Assembly: GCA_964483315.1 (NCBI GenBank)
Contig: CAZAAL010000002.1
Span: 8,689 to 72,688, forward strand
DNA: 64,000 bases
Reading direction: 5' to 3'
From: an uncultured Candidatus Saccharibacteria bacterium
GTDB taxonomy: Bacteria > Patescibacteriota > Saccharimonadia > Saccharimonadales > UBA10212
A model generated the notes under the pieces. The model searched no databases. It had not been told where the DNA came from and saw only the letters and a list, made by a program, of their open reading frames with translations. This document shows, one piece after another, positions 26,202 to 36,745 of the stretch (positions are counted from its first letter, which is position 1; the number at the start of each line of letters is the position of its first letter). The translations under genes were made by a program, and so were the position numbers.

Positions 26202-28706
26202 ATGAAACTAAGCTTACGTTGGGCACAACAATTTACCACAACTGATCTGTTTAAGGATGTAAATCAGACTATCCAAAAAATCGGTTCACAGCTTGGCGCA
26301 GTTGATGAGGTTATAGATTACTCGGTCCGATATGATGATATCCTGGTTGTAAAAATTGTTAAATGTCAGCCACATCCTGACGCTGACAAGCTAAAAATAT
26401 GTTGGATTGACGATGGCAAAATAGCTGATGGTGTTGAAAGGGACGCAGATGGCTTAGTCCAAGTTGTCTGTGGTGGTCCAAATGCCAGAGCAGATATATT
26501 CACCGCTTGGATTCGACCAAAAACTGTAGTTCCAAGTAGCTGGGACAAGGATAAATTTACAATAAGTGCCCGCGAAATACGGGGCAAGATATCTTACGGG
26601 ATGCTAGCCAGCCCATCGGAGCTGGCAATAAGCGATGAGCATGAGGGAATAATTGAGATTACCGAACAAGATATTGGTAAACCGCCTGCAGTTGGTGAGT
26701 CAATTAAAAAATTATACGGGCTTGATGACATTGTTATTGATATAGAAAATAAAATGTTTACGCATCGACCCGATCTATTTGGTACCCTTGGTCTTTCGAG
26801 GGAGCTAACCGCTATTTTCGGTGACCAATTTATTAGTCCACAATGGTATAAAGATGTTTCAGACATCGACCTAAAGCCCTCAGTTTCCGACCAGCTGGAG
26901 CTAAATGTTCAAAATATGGCAGGCGAGGCTGTAAGTCGATTTACAGCTATTGCCTTAAGTGACGTTAAAGTTGAACCTAGTCCATATTGGCTACAAGCAA
27001 TCCTCACCAAGGTAGGTGTTAAACCGATAAACAACATAGTTGATGTAACTAACTTTGTAATGTATTTAACGGGTCAGCCGTTGCACGCATTTGACTACGA
27101 TAAAGTCAAAGCAAAAGGCAAAGCCGGGCTTGAATCTAGATTAGCTGTCGATGGTGAATCATTAAAACTTTTAAATGGCAAAACGATCAACTTAAGCAAT
27201 GATAACATCGTTATTGCCAATCCAGGTGGCGAGCCGATGGCTCTGGCTGGGGTGATGGGTGGAGTTGAAACCGAGGTAGATGAATCTACGACTAAAATCA
27301 TATTTGAGTGCGCTACGTTTGATATGTACACCATACGCAAGACTGCAATGCAGTTTGGTTTATTTACTGATGCAGTAACTAGGTACACAAAAGGCCAGAG
27401 CCCAAGACAGAATCTATCTGCGCTGTCTCAAGCAGTTGCTCTTGCTACTAAACTTTCGGGTGGTAAGGTTGCCTCCTCCTTAGTAGACCTAAATCAAAAC
27501 GCCTATGCGAATCCTAAAGTTGAAGTAAGTACAGAATTTATTAACAGCCGGTTAGGACTTAGGCTTGAACACGATGCTGTGGTCAGTACGCTTAGCGCAG
27601 TTGAGTTCGACGTCCAAAACAATAAGGGCAATCTAATCATCACAGCGCCATTTTGGCGAACTGATATACATATTGCCGAAGATATTGTTGAGGAAGTCGG
27701 ACGCTTAATCGGCTATGATAAATTGCCAAAAAACTTACCGGCTAGGGATTTATCACCCAACCAGATAAATCACAATGTTGAATTCAAATATGATTTACGA
27801 CAATTACTTGTAAGTATTGGTGCAAATGAGTTGTTAACCTATAGCTTTGTAAATACCAAGCTCATAGAATCAGCTGGCCAGGACGCTAATATAAGTTTTA
27901 AAATTCGGAATGCTCTGAGCCCTGATCTGCAAAATTATCGACTTAGCCTAACGCCAAGTTTGCTAGAAAAGGTGCACCCTAATGCCAAGCTCGGCTATAA
28001 ACAGCTCACATTATTCGAACTTGGTAATATCTATATAAAAGATGAGCTAGTGGATGACGTGCCAAAAGAGCATCAACGGTTGTCGCTAGTGTCTGTTAAA
28101 ACATCAAATCAGCCAGCTTACTTTACCGTAAAAAATATTCTTTTAGCCATATTAGACAAGTTAAATATTGAAAATGTTGATTTTGAACCATTAGAAAACT
28201 GCAGTCGTAGCCTTTCGCCAGCATGGTCGCAGGTTAGTCGATCTTTTGAATCCAAGCGGAGCGCCGTGGTACTAGTTGATTCCGAAATAATTGGTTTAGT
28301 TGGTGAGCCAATCATAAAACTAAAAAAAGCCCTCAAGCTACCAAATTATTCGGCTTGCTTTGAGCTGGATACTGAACTTTTAAACAAACGGTCTAAGCAG
28401 ATCAAATATAACCCAGTTAATAGGTATCCAAGTTCTACTCAGGACATCACCTATAAAGTTAGCGTCGATCAAAACTATAAATTAATTTATCAGCACACCA
28501 AACAACAGCTTGAACAATCAGGCTATAATTTTAGACTAAACCCAGTTGACATTTATGCTAAACCTGAAGATCCGGCACACATTAACTATTCATTTAGGAT
28601 TGAACTTTGGCATCCAGAAAAAACACTGGTCACTGAAGAGTTTAATAGGGTACTTGACGCCGTTGCAAAATCCACAAAAGAGCACTTACATGCAGAGCGA
28701 GTTTAA
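26202..28706 (+). CDS. pheT: Phenylalanine--tRNA ligase beta subunit
   Basis: The N-terminal tRNA-binding domain is VVKIVKCQPHPDADKLKIC. B3/4 and B5 regions follow. It lies downstream of pheS and is 834 aa. Confidence 0.9.
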   Translation: MKLSLRWAQQFTTTDLFKDVNQTIQKIGSQLGAVDEVIDYSVRYDDILVVKIVKCQPHPDADKLKICWIDDGKIADGVERDADGLVQVVCGGPNARADIFTAWIRPKTVVPSSWDKDKFTISAREIRGKISYGMLASPSELAISDEHEGIIEITEQDIGKPPAVGESIKKLYGLDDIVIDIENKMFTHRPDLFGTLGLSRELTAIFGDQFISPQWYKDVSDIDLKPSVSDQLELNVQNMAGEAVSRFTAIALSDVKVEPSPYWLQAILTKVGVKPINNIVDVTNFVMYLTGQPLHAFDYDKVKAKGKAGLESRLAVDGESLKLLNGKTINLSNDNIVIANPGGEPMALAGVMGGVETEVDESTTKIIFECATFDMYTIRKTAMQFGLFTDAVTRYTKGQSPRQNLSALSQAVALATKLSGGKVASSLVDLNQNAYANPKVEVSTEFINSRLGLRLEHDAVVSTLSAVEFDVQNNKGNLIITAPFWRTDIHIAEDIVEEVGRLIGYDKLPKNLPARDLSPNQINHNVEFKYDLRQLLVSIGANELLTYSFVNTKLIESAGQDANISFKIRNALSPDLQNYRLSLTPSLLEKVHPNAKLGYKQLTLFELGNIYIKDELVDDVPKEHQRLSLVSVKTSNQPAYFTVKNILLAILDKLNIENVDFEPLENCSRSLSPAWSQVSRSFESKRSAVVLVDSEIIGLVGEPIIKLKKALKLPNYSACFELDTELLNKRSKQIKYNPVNRYPSSTQDITYKVSVDQNYKLIYQHTKQQLEQSGYNFRLNPVDIYAKPEDPAHINYSFRIELWHPEKTLVTEEFNRVLDAVAKSTKEHLHAERV

Positions 28707-28710
28707 ATAC

Positions 28711-28739
28711 TTAACATGTTAATAATTTTTTCGTATAAT
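28711..28739 (+). promoter_or_regulatory. Putative promoter TTAACA-17 nt-TATAAT
   Basis: Consensus -10 hexamer and a 17-nt spacer, about 27 nt upstream of the GTG at 28766. The GTG is preceded by GAGGG. Confidence 0.55.
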
Positions 28740-28765
28740 TATGATTAATAAACGAGAGGGAAAAC

Positions 28766-31606
28766 GTGCCTAACAAAACAACCACCAAATCAGTTCTAAC
28801 AACTTTTCAAAAAATTAGCTTATTCTTTTTTAGTCGCCCGAAGCTTACCTTTGGTATTTGGTTAATTGTATTTGTGTTCGGTATTGTATCCTATACAACG
28901 CTTTTGAAACGTGAAGGATTTCCTAGTGTCAATTTGCCATTTTCGTTAGTTACTACAACCTATTTGGTAAACGACGCTGAAAGAGTTGATAGGGACGTAT
29001 CCAAACCGATAAGTGATGAAATTTTAAAACAAGAGAAAATTAAATCAGTCCAAGCTGTTTCTGCTGGCAACTTCTCAACTGTGATTGTCCAGTTCGAAGA
29101 AGATGTTAATGCCCAGAGTGCGACCGACAAGATTCAGACAGCTGTTGATCAAAATTTAAACCTGCCCGAACAAGCAAAATCAGAGTTTGAAGTCCCTAGG
29201 TTTGGCTTTACTGAGCGGGGTGATGACTTAGTAATATCATTTTATTCCAAAGACCCAAATGTATCTGAAAAAGATTTAGTAGCCGAGGCAAATAAAGCAG
29301 TAGAGTTTTTGAAGACCCAAAATGTCTCACTAGCTGAGGATATTTCAATAATTGATCCATTTTTAAATGGCCAAGACCCGGCTACAGGGCAAGTTATTCA
29401 GCGACAGGTTGGTTTTGATAGGTATGGCGAGCGCCAGGAAAATCAAAACAACTTTTTTAATTCTGTTATCATTGGCGCCACAATCGCTAAAGGAGCGGAT
29501 TTAATCGAGTTTGATGAGCAAATGCAAACAGCGGTTGCTGAATACAATAATCAAAATGCCAATCAAAACTATGTTGCGACAGTAAGCGCCAGTTTTGCTC
29601 CAGACATAAAGTCACAAATCTCAGTCCTACAAAAAGCTTTGTTAGAAGGCCTATTAGCTGCCCTAGTTGTTGGGGCGTTAGTGATTGCATTTAGAGCATC
29701 ATTAATAACAGTTATATCAATGGTAACTGTCATTAGTATTACGATTGGAATTTTGTTTTTGATTGGCTATAGCCTAAATACAATTACACTTTTTGCATTA
29801 ATTTTGGGCCTAGCCTTAATAGTAGATGACACAATAATCATGATCGAGGCAATTGATTCCAGGCGTAGGCGTACAAAAAATGCCGCCGATGCAGTTACTC
29901 AGGCTACAGGGAAGATTAGTCGGGCGATGATTGCCGCAACAACCACAGCTGTGTTGAGCTTTACCCCACTATTGTTTGTTGGTGGAATTTTAGGCGGATT
30001 TATTCGGGCTATTCCGGTAACTGTAATAATTGGGCTTATTACTAGCCTGGTAGTTGCTCTAGTCTTTATACCATTCTTTGCTCGATACATTATTTTAGGC
30101 AAAAAACAAATGGGCGAAGATGGTGTACACGAGGTAGCTGCCGGATTCGAAGCCGCTATTGCTAGGTTTATTGGTAAACCAATGTTGTGGGCCAGAAACT
30201 CGCGCAAGAAAAAACTTTTTGCAGGCCTAGCCGCTACTTTCATCGGTATCGGATTTATTATGGTGGGTGGCTTCTTGTTCTCAAAAGTAACCTTTAATAT
30301 ATTCCCACCATCAAAAGATAGTAACGGGGTGATTGTAACGATGGACTATGCTCCGGGTACAACTATTGAGCAAGCCCAAAATATTGCCGACCAGGCCAAT
30401 AAAATAGCCGGTGACACCATTGATGTAGAGTTTGAAAAGGCGTCATATTTAGGAACAGGTAGAGTCACTGGTGCGACACTTTCATCCTACCTTACACCTT
30501 TTGATAAACGGGATATAACAGCACCCCAAATAGTTGAGCAGTTAGAAAAAGCTTACGCCGACTTTGATCAAGCAAAAGTTCAAGTTGGGCAGATGGATGT
30601 AGGTCCGCCAACTGCACCATTTAAGCTTAGGATTGAATCTGATGATACCCAAAAGGCCTACATACTTGCAAATGATGTATCGGCATTTTTGCAAACCACA
30701 ACTCTTACAAGGGTATCTGGAGAACAAGCAAAAATTGTTAGCACAACAGTTGCAAACCCCGCAGCAATTACTCGAAATGACAGTAAAAAATATGTAGAAG
30801 TAAGTGCGGTTTTTGAAGACGACGATACATCCACTTTGTTTACCCTTGCTCAGGATGCAGTTAAAAATGAATTTACCAAAGAACGATTAGCGGAATACGG
30901 ATTTAACGAAGACGTAATAAAGTTTGATTTAGGCCAAGAACAAGACAACCAAGATTCGTTCAAAACACTGGTATTTGCTTTTCCGATTGTTCTTTTGGTA
31001 ATTTTCCTACTGCTTTCAATACAGTTTAGGTCTCTGTTGCAACCAGCACTTATATTTATGGCTATTCCATTTAGTTTATTTGGTATCACGCTGGGGCTAT
31101 ACGTTACGAACAACGCTTTTAGCTTCTTTGCAATGCTCGGGTTCTTCGCTTTAATTGGCCTAAGTATTAAAAATACAATTCTACTTGTCGATTATGCTAA
31201 CCAGGCTAGACGAAAAGGTAAAAATGCCGTTGACGCGGTATACGAATCACTGCAGGAACGCTTTAGGCCGCTAATTGCAACTAGCTTTACGGCAGTTGTT
31301 GCTTTGATACCATTAGCGCTTAGTGATCCATTCTGGGAAGGCCTAACAGTTGTGTTAATCTTTGGTTTGCTCTCAAGCACCTTCCTGGTCGTAACAGTAT
31401 TCCCTTACTATTATCTTGGAGCTGAGTTTATGCGTATGCATATTAGCCGAAAAAGTTTCTTTATATGGTTGGCCGTAGTTGTAGCTGTGTCTATCGGGCT
31501 AAGCGCCTTGGGATTAAGTCCAAGTATTGTCAGCCTTACAGTTCTAGCTGTCGCAGTACTTAGTGCTCTAGGCCTAAGAAAACGCAGCCTGAAGCAAAAA
31601 ACATAG
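28766..31606 (+). CDS. RND-superfamily efflux permease (AcrB/MMPL-like)
   Basis: 946 aa with two 6-TM bundles, each followed by a large periplasmic-type loop. LALIVDDTIIMIEAI and GLSIKNTILLVDYAN are typical RND TM4/TM10 regions. Confidence 0.75.
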   Translation: MPNKTTTKSVLTTFQKISLFFFSRPKLTFGIWLIVFVFGIVSYTTLLKREGFPSVNLPFSLVTTTYLVNDAERVDRDVSKPISDEILKQEKIKSVQAVSAGNFSTVIVQFEEDVNAQSATDKIQTAVDQNLNLPEQAKSEFEVPRFGFTERGDDLVISFYSKDPNVSEKDLVAEANKAVEFLKTQNVSLAEDISIIDPFLNGQDPATGQVIQRQVGFDRYGERQENQNNFFNSVIIGATIAKGADLIEFDEQMQTAVAEYNNQNANQNYVATVSASFAPDIKSQISVLQKALLEGLLAALVVGALVIAFRASLITVISMVTVISITIGILFLIGYSLNTITLFALILGLALIVDDTIIMIEAIDSRRRRTKNAADAVTQATGKISRAMIAATTTAVLSFTPLLFVGGILGGFIRAIPVTVIIGLITSLVVALVFIPFFARYIILGKKQMGEDGVHEVAAGFEAAIARFIGKPMLWARNSRKKKLFAGLAATFIGIGFIMVGGFLFSKVTFNIFPPSKDSNGVIVTMDYAPGTTIEQAQNIADQANKIAGDTIDVEFEKASYLGTGRVTGATLSSYLTPFDKRDITAPQIVEQLEKAYADFDQAKVQVGQMDVGPPTAPFKLRIESDDTQKAYILANDVSAFLQTTTLTRVSGEQAKIVSTTVANPAAITRNDSKKYVEVSAVFEDDDTSTLFTLAQDAVKNEFTKERLAEYGFNEDVIKFDLGQEQDNQDSFKTLVFAFPIVLLVIFLLLSIQFRSLLQPALIFMAIPFSLFGITLGLYVTNNAFSFFAMLGFFALIGLSIKNTILLVDYANQARRKGKNAVDAVYESLQERFRPLIATSFTAVVALIPLALSDPFWEGLTVVLIFGLLSSTFLVVTVFPYYYLGAEFMRMHISRKSFFIWLAVVVAVSIGLSALGLSPSIVSLTVLAVAVLSALGLRKRSLKQKT

Positions 31607-31671
31607 CTAAAACTACTACATAAATTAATAGGTCATTAGGCTATAATAGATTTACGAATTGGGGGAATAAG

Positions 31672-32208
31672 ATGAGTAAGACGCAAAGAGCGATCTGGCT
31701 TGCGATTGCGCTAGTTTTTGTAGCTACATCAATCGGTTTTAGCGCACTAACAATTTGGCAAGCAAGCAAAGATCGTGAAAATCAAAAAGTACAAGAAGGC
31801 CTCGAGGAGGCTCTAAATCAACAAAGTCAGGAGGACACATTGGGAACATTAGCCGGCTTTACGCCAACCGATCAACGGGCAGCGGAACTTCAAAAAATTG
31901 ATACACAAACTGGCACAGGGCAAGAGGTGCCAACTGACCCAAGCGTAAAAGTAACGGTTCACTATACTGGAGCTTTGGTAAAAGATGGCAAAGTCTTTGA
32001 TTCGTCGGTTAGTCGCGGTACGCCTGCAACATTTACACTTAACCAGGTAATTCCTGGTTGGACCCAAGGTATCCCCGGTATGAAAGAGGGCGGCAAGCGA
32101 CGCTTAATTATCCCAGCAAGCCTAGCCTATGGTAGTCAAGGAAATTCATCAATACCGCCGGATTCCGATTTAGTATTTGATGTTGAACTAATCAAGATTG
32201 GTGAATAA
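31672..32208 (+). CDS. FKBP-type peptidyl-prolyl cis-trans isomerase, membrane-anchored
   Basis: VHYTGALVKDGKVFDSS, FTLNQVIPGWTQGIPGMKEGGKRRLIIPASLAYG and LVFDVELI. There is an N-terminal TM segment. Confidence 0.88.
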   Translation: MSKTQRAIWLAIALVFVATSIGFSALTIWQASKDRENQKVQEGLEEALNQQSQEDTLGTLAGFTPTDQRAAELQKIDTQTGTGQEVPTDPSVKVTVHYTGALVKDGKVFDSSVSRGTPATFTLNQVIPGWTQGIPGMKEGGKRRLIIPASLAYGSQGNSSIPPDSDLVFDVELIKIGE

Positions 32209-32216
32209 AACACAAC

Positions 32217-32256
32217 ATATAGCGTACTTGCAATATAACTACACGCTATATATAAT
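32217..32256 (+). promoter_or_regulatory. Promoter TTGCAA-17 nt-TATAAT overlapped by the 9-bp perfect inverted repeat ATATAGCGT/ACGCTATAT
   Basis: The -35 hexamer is at 32228-32233 and the -10 at 32251-32256. The repeat arms are at 32217-32225 and 32243-32251, bracketing the -35 and spacer. It lies upstream of the Grx-like/trxB genes. Confidence 0.5.
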
Positions 32257-32295
32257 AAAGAACCATAACCAATATAAAATTAAAAAGGAAGCAAT

Positions 32296-32544
32296 ATGCC
32301 CAAAAATATAACAGTATTTTCAACTCCAACCTGCGCTTACTGTCCAATGGTAAAGCAATGGTTAAAATCAAAAGGTTTAAATTATGACGAAGTTGATTTA
32401 GTCGAAAATCCCGACAGACAGCAAGAAGTGCTCGAAATGAGTGGCGCTTTAACCGTACCGGTTACTATTGTGACTAAACAGGATGACACTAAAGAAGTAA
32501 TAGTTGGATTTAACTTGGCCAGATTGGCGCCGGCAGTAGCTTAA
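32296..32544 (+). CDS. Glutaredoxin-like (NrdH/Grx family) protein
   Basis: CAYC redox motif in a thioredoxin-fold context (ITVFSTPTCAYCPMVKQWL...TVPV). The protein is 82 aa. Confidence 0.8.
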   Translation: MPKNITVFSTPTCAYCPMVKQWLKSKGLNYDEVDLVENPDRQQEVLEMSGALTVPVTIVTKQDDTKEVIVGFNLARLAPAVA

Positions 32545-32552
32545 GTCTTAGT

Positions 32553-33515
32553 ATGGATCAAAAAAAAGTACACGAACTTGTAATTATTGGAGCAGGACCT
32601 GCTGCTTTATCGGCTGCAATTTATACGACTCGTGAAGATATTGACACAGTTCTGATTGAGAAAGGTGCTATTGGTGGGTTGGCAGCCATAACCGATTGGG
32701 TCGATAATTACCCGGGCTTTAAGGATGGCGTAGCTGGGCTTGAGCTTTCAGAACAAATGCGTCAACAAGCCGAAAGGTTTGGAGCGAAAATTGAGCTAGG
32801 TGAAGTCCTGAGTTTGACTGATGAAGGTAAGCTAAAAAAATTAACTACAACCGATGGTGATATTTATACCAAAGCAGTTATAATTGCCACCGGTAGCGCT
32901 TACAAGCAACTTGGCATAGAAGGAGAACAAAAATACTTTGGCAGGGGTGTACACTATTGCGCTACTTGTGATGGTGCTTTTTATCGGGACAAAAAACTGG
33001 TTGTGGTTGGTGGTGGTAATTCAGCGGTACAGGAATCTATTTATTTAACAAAATTTGCCAGCCATATTGATTTGTTGGTGCGAGGCGATAGCTTCAGAGC
33101 CAGTGAAGTCTTGCAGGATGAACTTAAAAAACACCAAGATAAAATCAAAGTTCATTTTAATACTACAATTGATGAGATCGTAGGAGGGCAAAAAGACGGG
33201 ATGGACAAGGTTATAAAGGTGTTAGCCACCGACAAAAAAACTGGCAAAAAAATTGAATTTGTAACTGATGGAGTGTTTGTATTTATTGGACTTAAGCCAA
33301 ATACCGATTTTTTAAAGGAATCTAAAATCAAGCTTGATGAGTTTAATTTTGTGAAAACAAATCAAAAACTCGAGACAAACATTAAGGGAATATACTGTGC
33401 GGGCGACGTACGCAGTGGCGCAACCATGCAAATAGCCAGCGCAACCGGCGAGGGAGCTACTTCGGCTTTAATGATCCGTGAATATCTCAAAGAACATTCA
33501 AAAGTCGAGTGGTAG
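32553..33515 (+). CDS. trxB: Thioredoxin-disulfide reductase
   Basis: GAGPAAL (FAD), the CATCDG redox centre, GGGNSAVQE (NADPH) and a C-terminal GDV...A.G.G motif. Confidence 0.9.
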   Translation: MDQKKVHELVIIGAGPAALSAAIYTTREDIDTVLIEKGAIGGLAAITDWVDNYPGFKDGVAGLELSEQMRQQAERFGAKIELGEVLSLTDEGKLKKLTTTDGDIYTKAVIIATGSAYKQLGIEGEQKYFGRGVHYCATCDGAFYRDKKLVVVGGGNSAVQESIYLTKFASHIDLLVRGDSFRASEVLQDELKKHQDKIKVHFNTTIDEIVGGQKDGMDKVIKVLATDKKTGKKIEFVTDGVFVFIGLKPNTDFLKESKIKLDEFNFVKTNQKLETNIKGIYCAGDVRSGATMQIASATGEGATSALMIREYLKEHSKVEW

Positions 33516-34196
33516 TTAAGATTTATTTAAAATATTAAGAGCGATATCCGGGCGATTTGTGCATAGCCAAGCATCTTTAAATATTCTATTGGCTTTTTCG
33601 ATCTGATTTGGATCATCAACTGTAAAAATAATCATATCAAAATTATTTTTTCTGATTTGCCAAAATGAGAGCGGATTTAAGAGTGTGTAATTTATGCTTA
33701 GCCCATCAGCATTAAGATTTTTTACTTGCTTTGTTAAGCTTTTCCATACCCAATCATTAGTCGGATAAATTTTAAGCTTTGGGTTAAATTCTTTTATTTT
33801 TGCCAAAAGTCCGTGTTCTCGGGTGGTGTATCGAATGTCGGCAGTATAATCTTTAGTTATTTTGATCAGCTCGTTAAACATATCGCTATCCTTTGGTTCT
33901 AAAAAGATAGTTTTGCTATTTCCGATTAGCTCTAGAGCCTGTACAAGGGTCGGTATTGGCTCTCCCGATAAAGTCGGAATTCTTAACAATTGTTTTAGAC
34001 TCAAATCTCTTATCTTAGTTTTTTGCCCACAAGTTCGTTCCAAATCATCATCGTGCATCAGCACTAGTTGTCGATCTTTAGTAAGCCTAACGTCAAATTC
34101 AACTGCATCAACCCCAAGCTCAAGTGCGACCTTAAGGGACGCAAGTGTATTTTCGGGCGCTAAGCCGGCGGCACCACGGTGACCAACAATTTTCAT
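33516..34196 (-). CDS. Glycerophosphodiester phosphodiesterase
   Basis: The GDPD signature is [16 protein letters not shown]....D. The protein is 226 aa. Confidence 0.8.
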   Translation of the reverse strand: MKIVGHRGAAGLAPENTLASLKVALELGVDAVEFDVRLTKDRQLVLMHDDDLERTCGQKTKIRDLSLKQLLRIPTLSGEPIPTLVQALELIGNSKTIFLEPKDSDMFNELIKITKDYTADIRYTTREHGLLAKIKEFNPKLKIYPTNDWVWKSLTKQVKNLNADGLSINYTLLNPLSFWQIRKNNFDMIIFTVDDPNQIEKANRIFKDAWLCTNRPDIALNILNKS

Positions 34197-34636
34197 TGGT
34201 TTTTAAGTTCGCCAATTATTAGCTTGTTTAACTGATCTTGTGCAGAAGCTGAATGCGGTGTACCAGTGCCTAGTTCTTCACCCGAGCTAGTCTTGCGCTC
34301 AGTAAATAGAGTAGTGCCGTCAATACCGCAAGCTCTTAAAATTTCGTCTCCACCATCGTGCCTATCAATGTATGTAGTAATATTGTAAACTTTGCCTGAA
34401 ATTATGGTCCAACAATCAGTAGCTGAATTATGAACAGCTACTTCGGTGGAGCTATATGTTTTACCGGATGAATTTGATGATTCGTTAGAATCGGAGTTGG
34501 TTTGATTAGTAGGATTAGATGAAGCTTGCTCGGAGTTCGCTTGATTGCTCGAATCGCCTTTTAGTACAAAAAATGCGCCAACGACGGCTACGACAAGAAC
34601 AACTATACTAATAGCAACAGTTGTTGATTTTGACAT
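34193..34636 (-). CDS. Membrane-anchored cytochrome b5-like heme/steroid-binding domain protein
   Basis: N-terminal TM segment, an S/N-rich linker, then [33 protein letters not shown] 4-nt overlap links it to the GDPD gene. Confidence 0.65.
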   Translation of the reverse strand: MSKSTTVAISIVVLVVAVVGAFFVLKGDSSNQANSEQASSNPTNQTNSDSNESSNSSGKTYSSTEVAVHNSATDCWTIISGKVYNITTYIDRHDGGDEILRACGIDGTTLFTERKTSSGEELGTGTPHSASAQDQLNKLIIGELKNQ

Positions 34637-34754
34637 TTATGTTTCCCCAATTAATTTACCTTAGGGCTATTATAACTTTAAAAACCTAGACCAAGCAAAC
34701 AGCCAAAAACTAAGGTATAATTTATACTAAATCAAATATTATATGGGAGTTAAT

Positions 34755-35282
34755 ATGTCAGAACCAAGTTATGGGGATAAAGCACCTGAAGTCGTAAATG
34801 TGATTATCGAAATAAGACGAGGTGAGCGTAACAAATATGAGTTTGATAAGCAAACTGGCAGATTATTTTTAGATAGGGTAAATGGTACTTTGCTTGGGTA
34901 CCCTACTGACTATGGTTACGTGCCAGATACTTTATGTGATGATGGGGATCCATTGGATGCTTTGTTGATTATTGACGAAAGCGTGCCACACGGAGTGGTT
35001 GTGCCGTCTCGACCAATCGGAGTCTTAAAGTTCGAAGACGAAGGCGAGATGGACGAAAAACTAATCTGTGTTCCTGCCGACGACGTGTCAAAAGATCATA
35101 TTCAAGAACTTGATGATTTGGGCGAAAACTTTAAAAAAGTAATTGAACATTTTTATTCTCACTATAAAGACTGGAAAAAGAACTGGTCGGGCGTGGAAGG
35201 TCAGCTAAATGGATGGGGAGATAGCTCCGAAGCCAAACAAGTTGTAAATAATTCTATAGATCTAGCCAAAAATAAAAACTAG
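34755..35282 (+). CDS. ppa: Inorganic pyrophosphatase (family I)
   Basis: VIIEI..G..NKYEFD, YGYVPDTLCDDGDPLDALL and DEKLI. I prefer the ATG at 34755, which follows GGGAG. Confidence 0.9.
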   Translation: MSEPSYGDKAPEVVNVIIEIRRGERNKYEFDKQTGRLFLDRVNGTLLGYPTDYGYVPDTLCDDGDPLDALLIIDESVPHGVVVPSRPIGVLKFEDEGEMDEKLICVPADDVSKDHIQELDDLGENFKKVIEHFYSHYKDWKKNWSGVEGQLNGWGDSSEAKQVVNNSIDLAKNKN

Positions 35283-36745
35283 TCTTTTTTTAGAGCGGAC
35301 TTAAGCTTGTGTCTGGCACGAGCCGTATGTACAACTTTCAACCAATCATCTCTTGGTTTGATATTATTTTTTGTTTCAATTTCGATAATATCACCATTTT
35401 GTAAAACTCTATCGAATGGGGCGATTTTGCCATTTATTTTTACACTATGGGCGTGTTTTGCTATATCGCTATGGACATAAAAGGCGAAATCAAGCGGGTA
35501 ACTGCCTTCGGGTAGGTCATATATGTCGCCTTTCGGGCTATATACAAATATTCTATCGGCAAATAAATCTACGGCTAATTCACCATCATTTAATTCTTCG
35601 CCATCCATCATTTTCTGGGTTAATTCCTGTAAACGCGTTATCCATTCTAAGTTCCTGGGTAATTGGGTGGCTACGCCTCGTGTGTAATTTTTAGTTAATT
35701 TTTGTTCATTATAGTGAAAACCAGCAGCTAAGCCCCTGTCGGCATGATCGTTCATGGCCGTTGTTCTGATTTGGAATTCGACAATTTGCTTATTTGGCGT
35801 GATAACAGTTGTATGAAGACTTTGATAGCCGTTTGGTTTTGGTACGGCAATATAGTCTTTAATTTTCGTTAAGACTGGTTGGTACATGCTGTGTAAAATG
35901 CCCAGCACTTGATAGCAGTTTTCTTTTTCGCTTACGACTATTCTGAGCGCCATTAAGTCGTAAACTTGGTCGATATCGCCATCGACCTTTTTTAGCTTTT
36001 TATAAAGGCTGTAAGTACTTTTGATTCGCCCATCCATTTCGTATTCTATTGAATTTTGTTTTAATGCACCTGAAACATCATGACGAACCTGCTCGAGCTG
36101 TTTGTGCGATCGGCCAAGTTTTTTCTTAATTATTTTTTGTAGTCTGGCATACTCTTTTGGATGCAGATAACTAAACGACATTTCTTCAAACTCGACACGT
36201 AATTTGCCCATACCTAGCCGATCAGCTAATGGCGCAAAAACTTCCAGGGATTCAGTAGCAATCTTCTTTTGCCGATCTGGGGGTAAATAATTTAGCGTCT
36301 GCAAATTATGTAGTCGATCGGCAAGTTTAATCAACAAAACACGTAAGTCATGGCTGACTGCGATTAGTAGTTTAGTTAAGTTATCTTTAGTTTGCGGCAA
36401 GTAGGTTGTAATATCTTGCATACCACTCCGAACGTTACCAACTTTTGTAACACCGTCTACTAAAAATGCTACATCGTGCCCAAAATCTTTTTCGATTTGT
36501 TCCAATGTGGCTGTTCCATCTTCAACACTGTCATGTAAGATGCCCGCAATAACCGAATGGGCGTCCATTTTCCATTCTATCAAAATTCCAGCAACGCTAT
36601 AGCAGTGGCTAATATATGGTTCACCACTCATCCTTTTTTGGCCTCTATGTGCTTTAGTTGCTAGATCTATCGCATTTTCAAAAACAGCGATATCGCTCTT
36701 TGGGTAATGCAAACTTGCTTGATTTATTAAAGCCAACCGTCTCAT
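35279..36745 (-). CDS. rel: Bifunctional (p)ppGpp synthetase/hydrolase (RSH), short form ending after the TGS domain
   Basis: The HD domain has HRGQKR.SGEPYISH and HD.VED. The synthetase has GRIKSTYSLYKKL and YQSLHTTV. The TGS region is IFVYSPKGDIYDLPEGS..DFA. No ACT region is present. Confidence 0.88.
   Translation of the reverse strand: MRRLALINQASLHYPKSDIAVFENAIDLATKAHRGQKRMSGEPYISHCYSVAGILIEWKMDAHSVIAGILHDSVEDGTATLEQIEKDFGHDVAFLVDGVTKVGNVRSGMQDITTYLPQTKDNLTKLLIAVSHDLRVLLIKLADRLHNLQTLNYLPPDRQKKIATESLEVFAPLADRLGMGKLRVEFEEMSFSYLHPKEYARLQKIIKKKLGRSHKQLEQVRHDVSGALKQNSIEYEMDGRIKSTYSLYKKLKKVDGDIDQVYDLMALRIVVSEKENCYQVLGILHSMYQPVLTKIKDYIAVPKPNGYQSLHTTVITPNKQIVEFQIRTTAMNDHADRGLAAGFHYNEQKLTKNYTRGVATQLPRNLEWITRLQELTQKMMDGEELNDGELAVDLFADRIFVYSPKGDIYDLPEGSYPLDFAFYVHSDIAKHAHSVKINGKIAPFDRVLQNGDIIEIETKNNIKPRDDWLKVVHTARARHKLKSALKKD

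Noticed and set aside
28711-28722. The palindrome TTAACATGTTAA as a third SOS box
   Set aside because: The half-sites resemble the TAAC/GTTA arms, but the spacing is N2 rather than N4. The site coincides with the -35 hexamer of the RND promoter just after pheT, so it is probably coincidental or a small hairpin.
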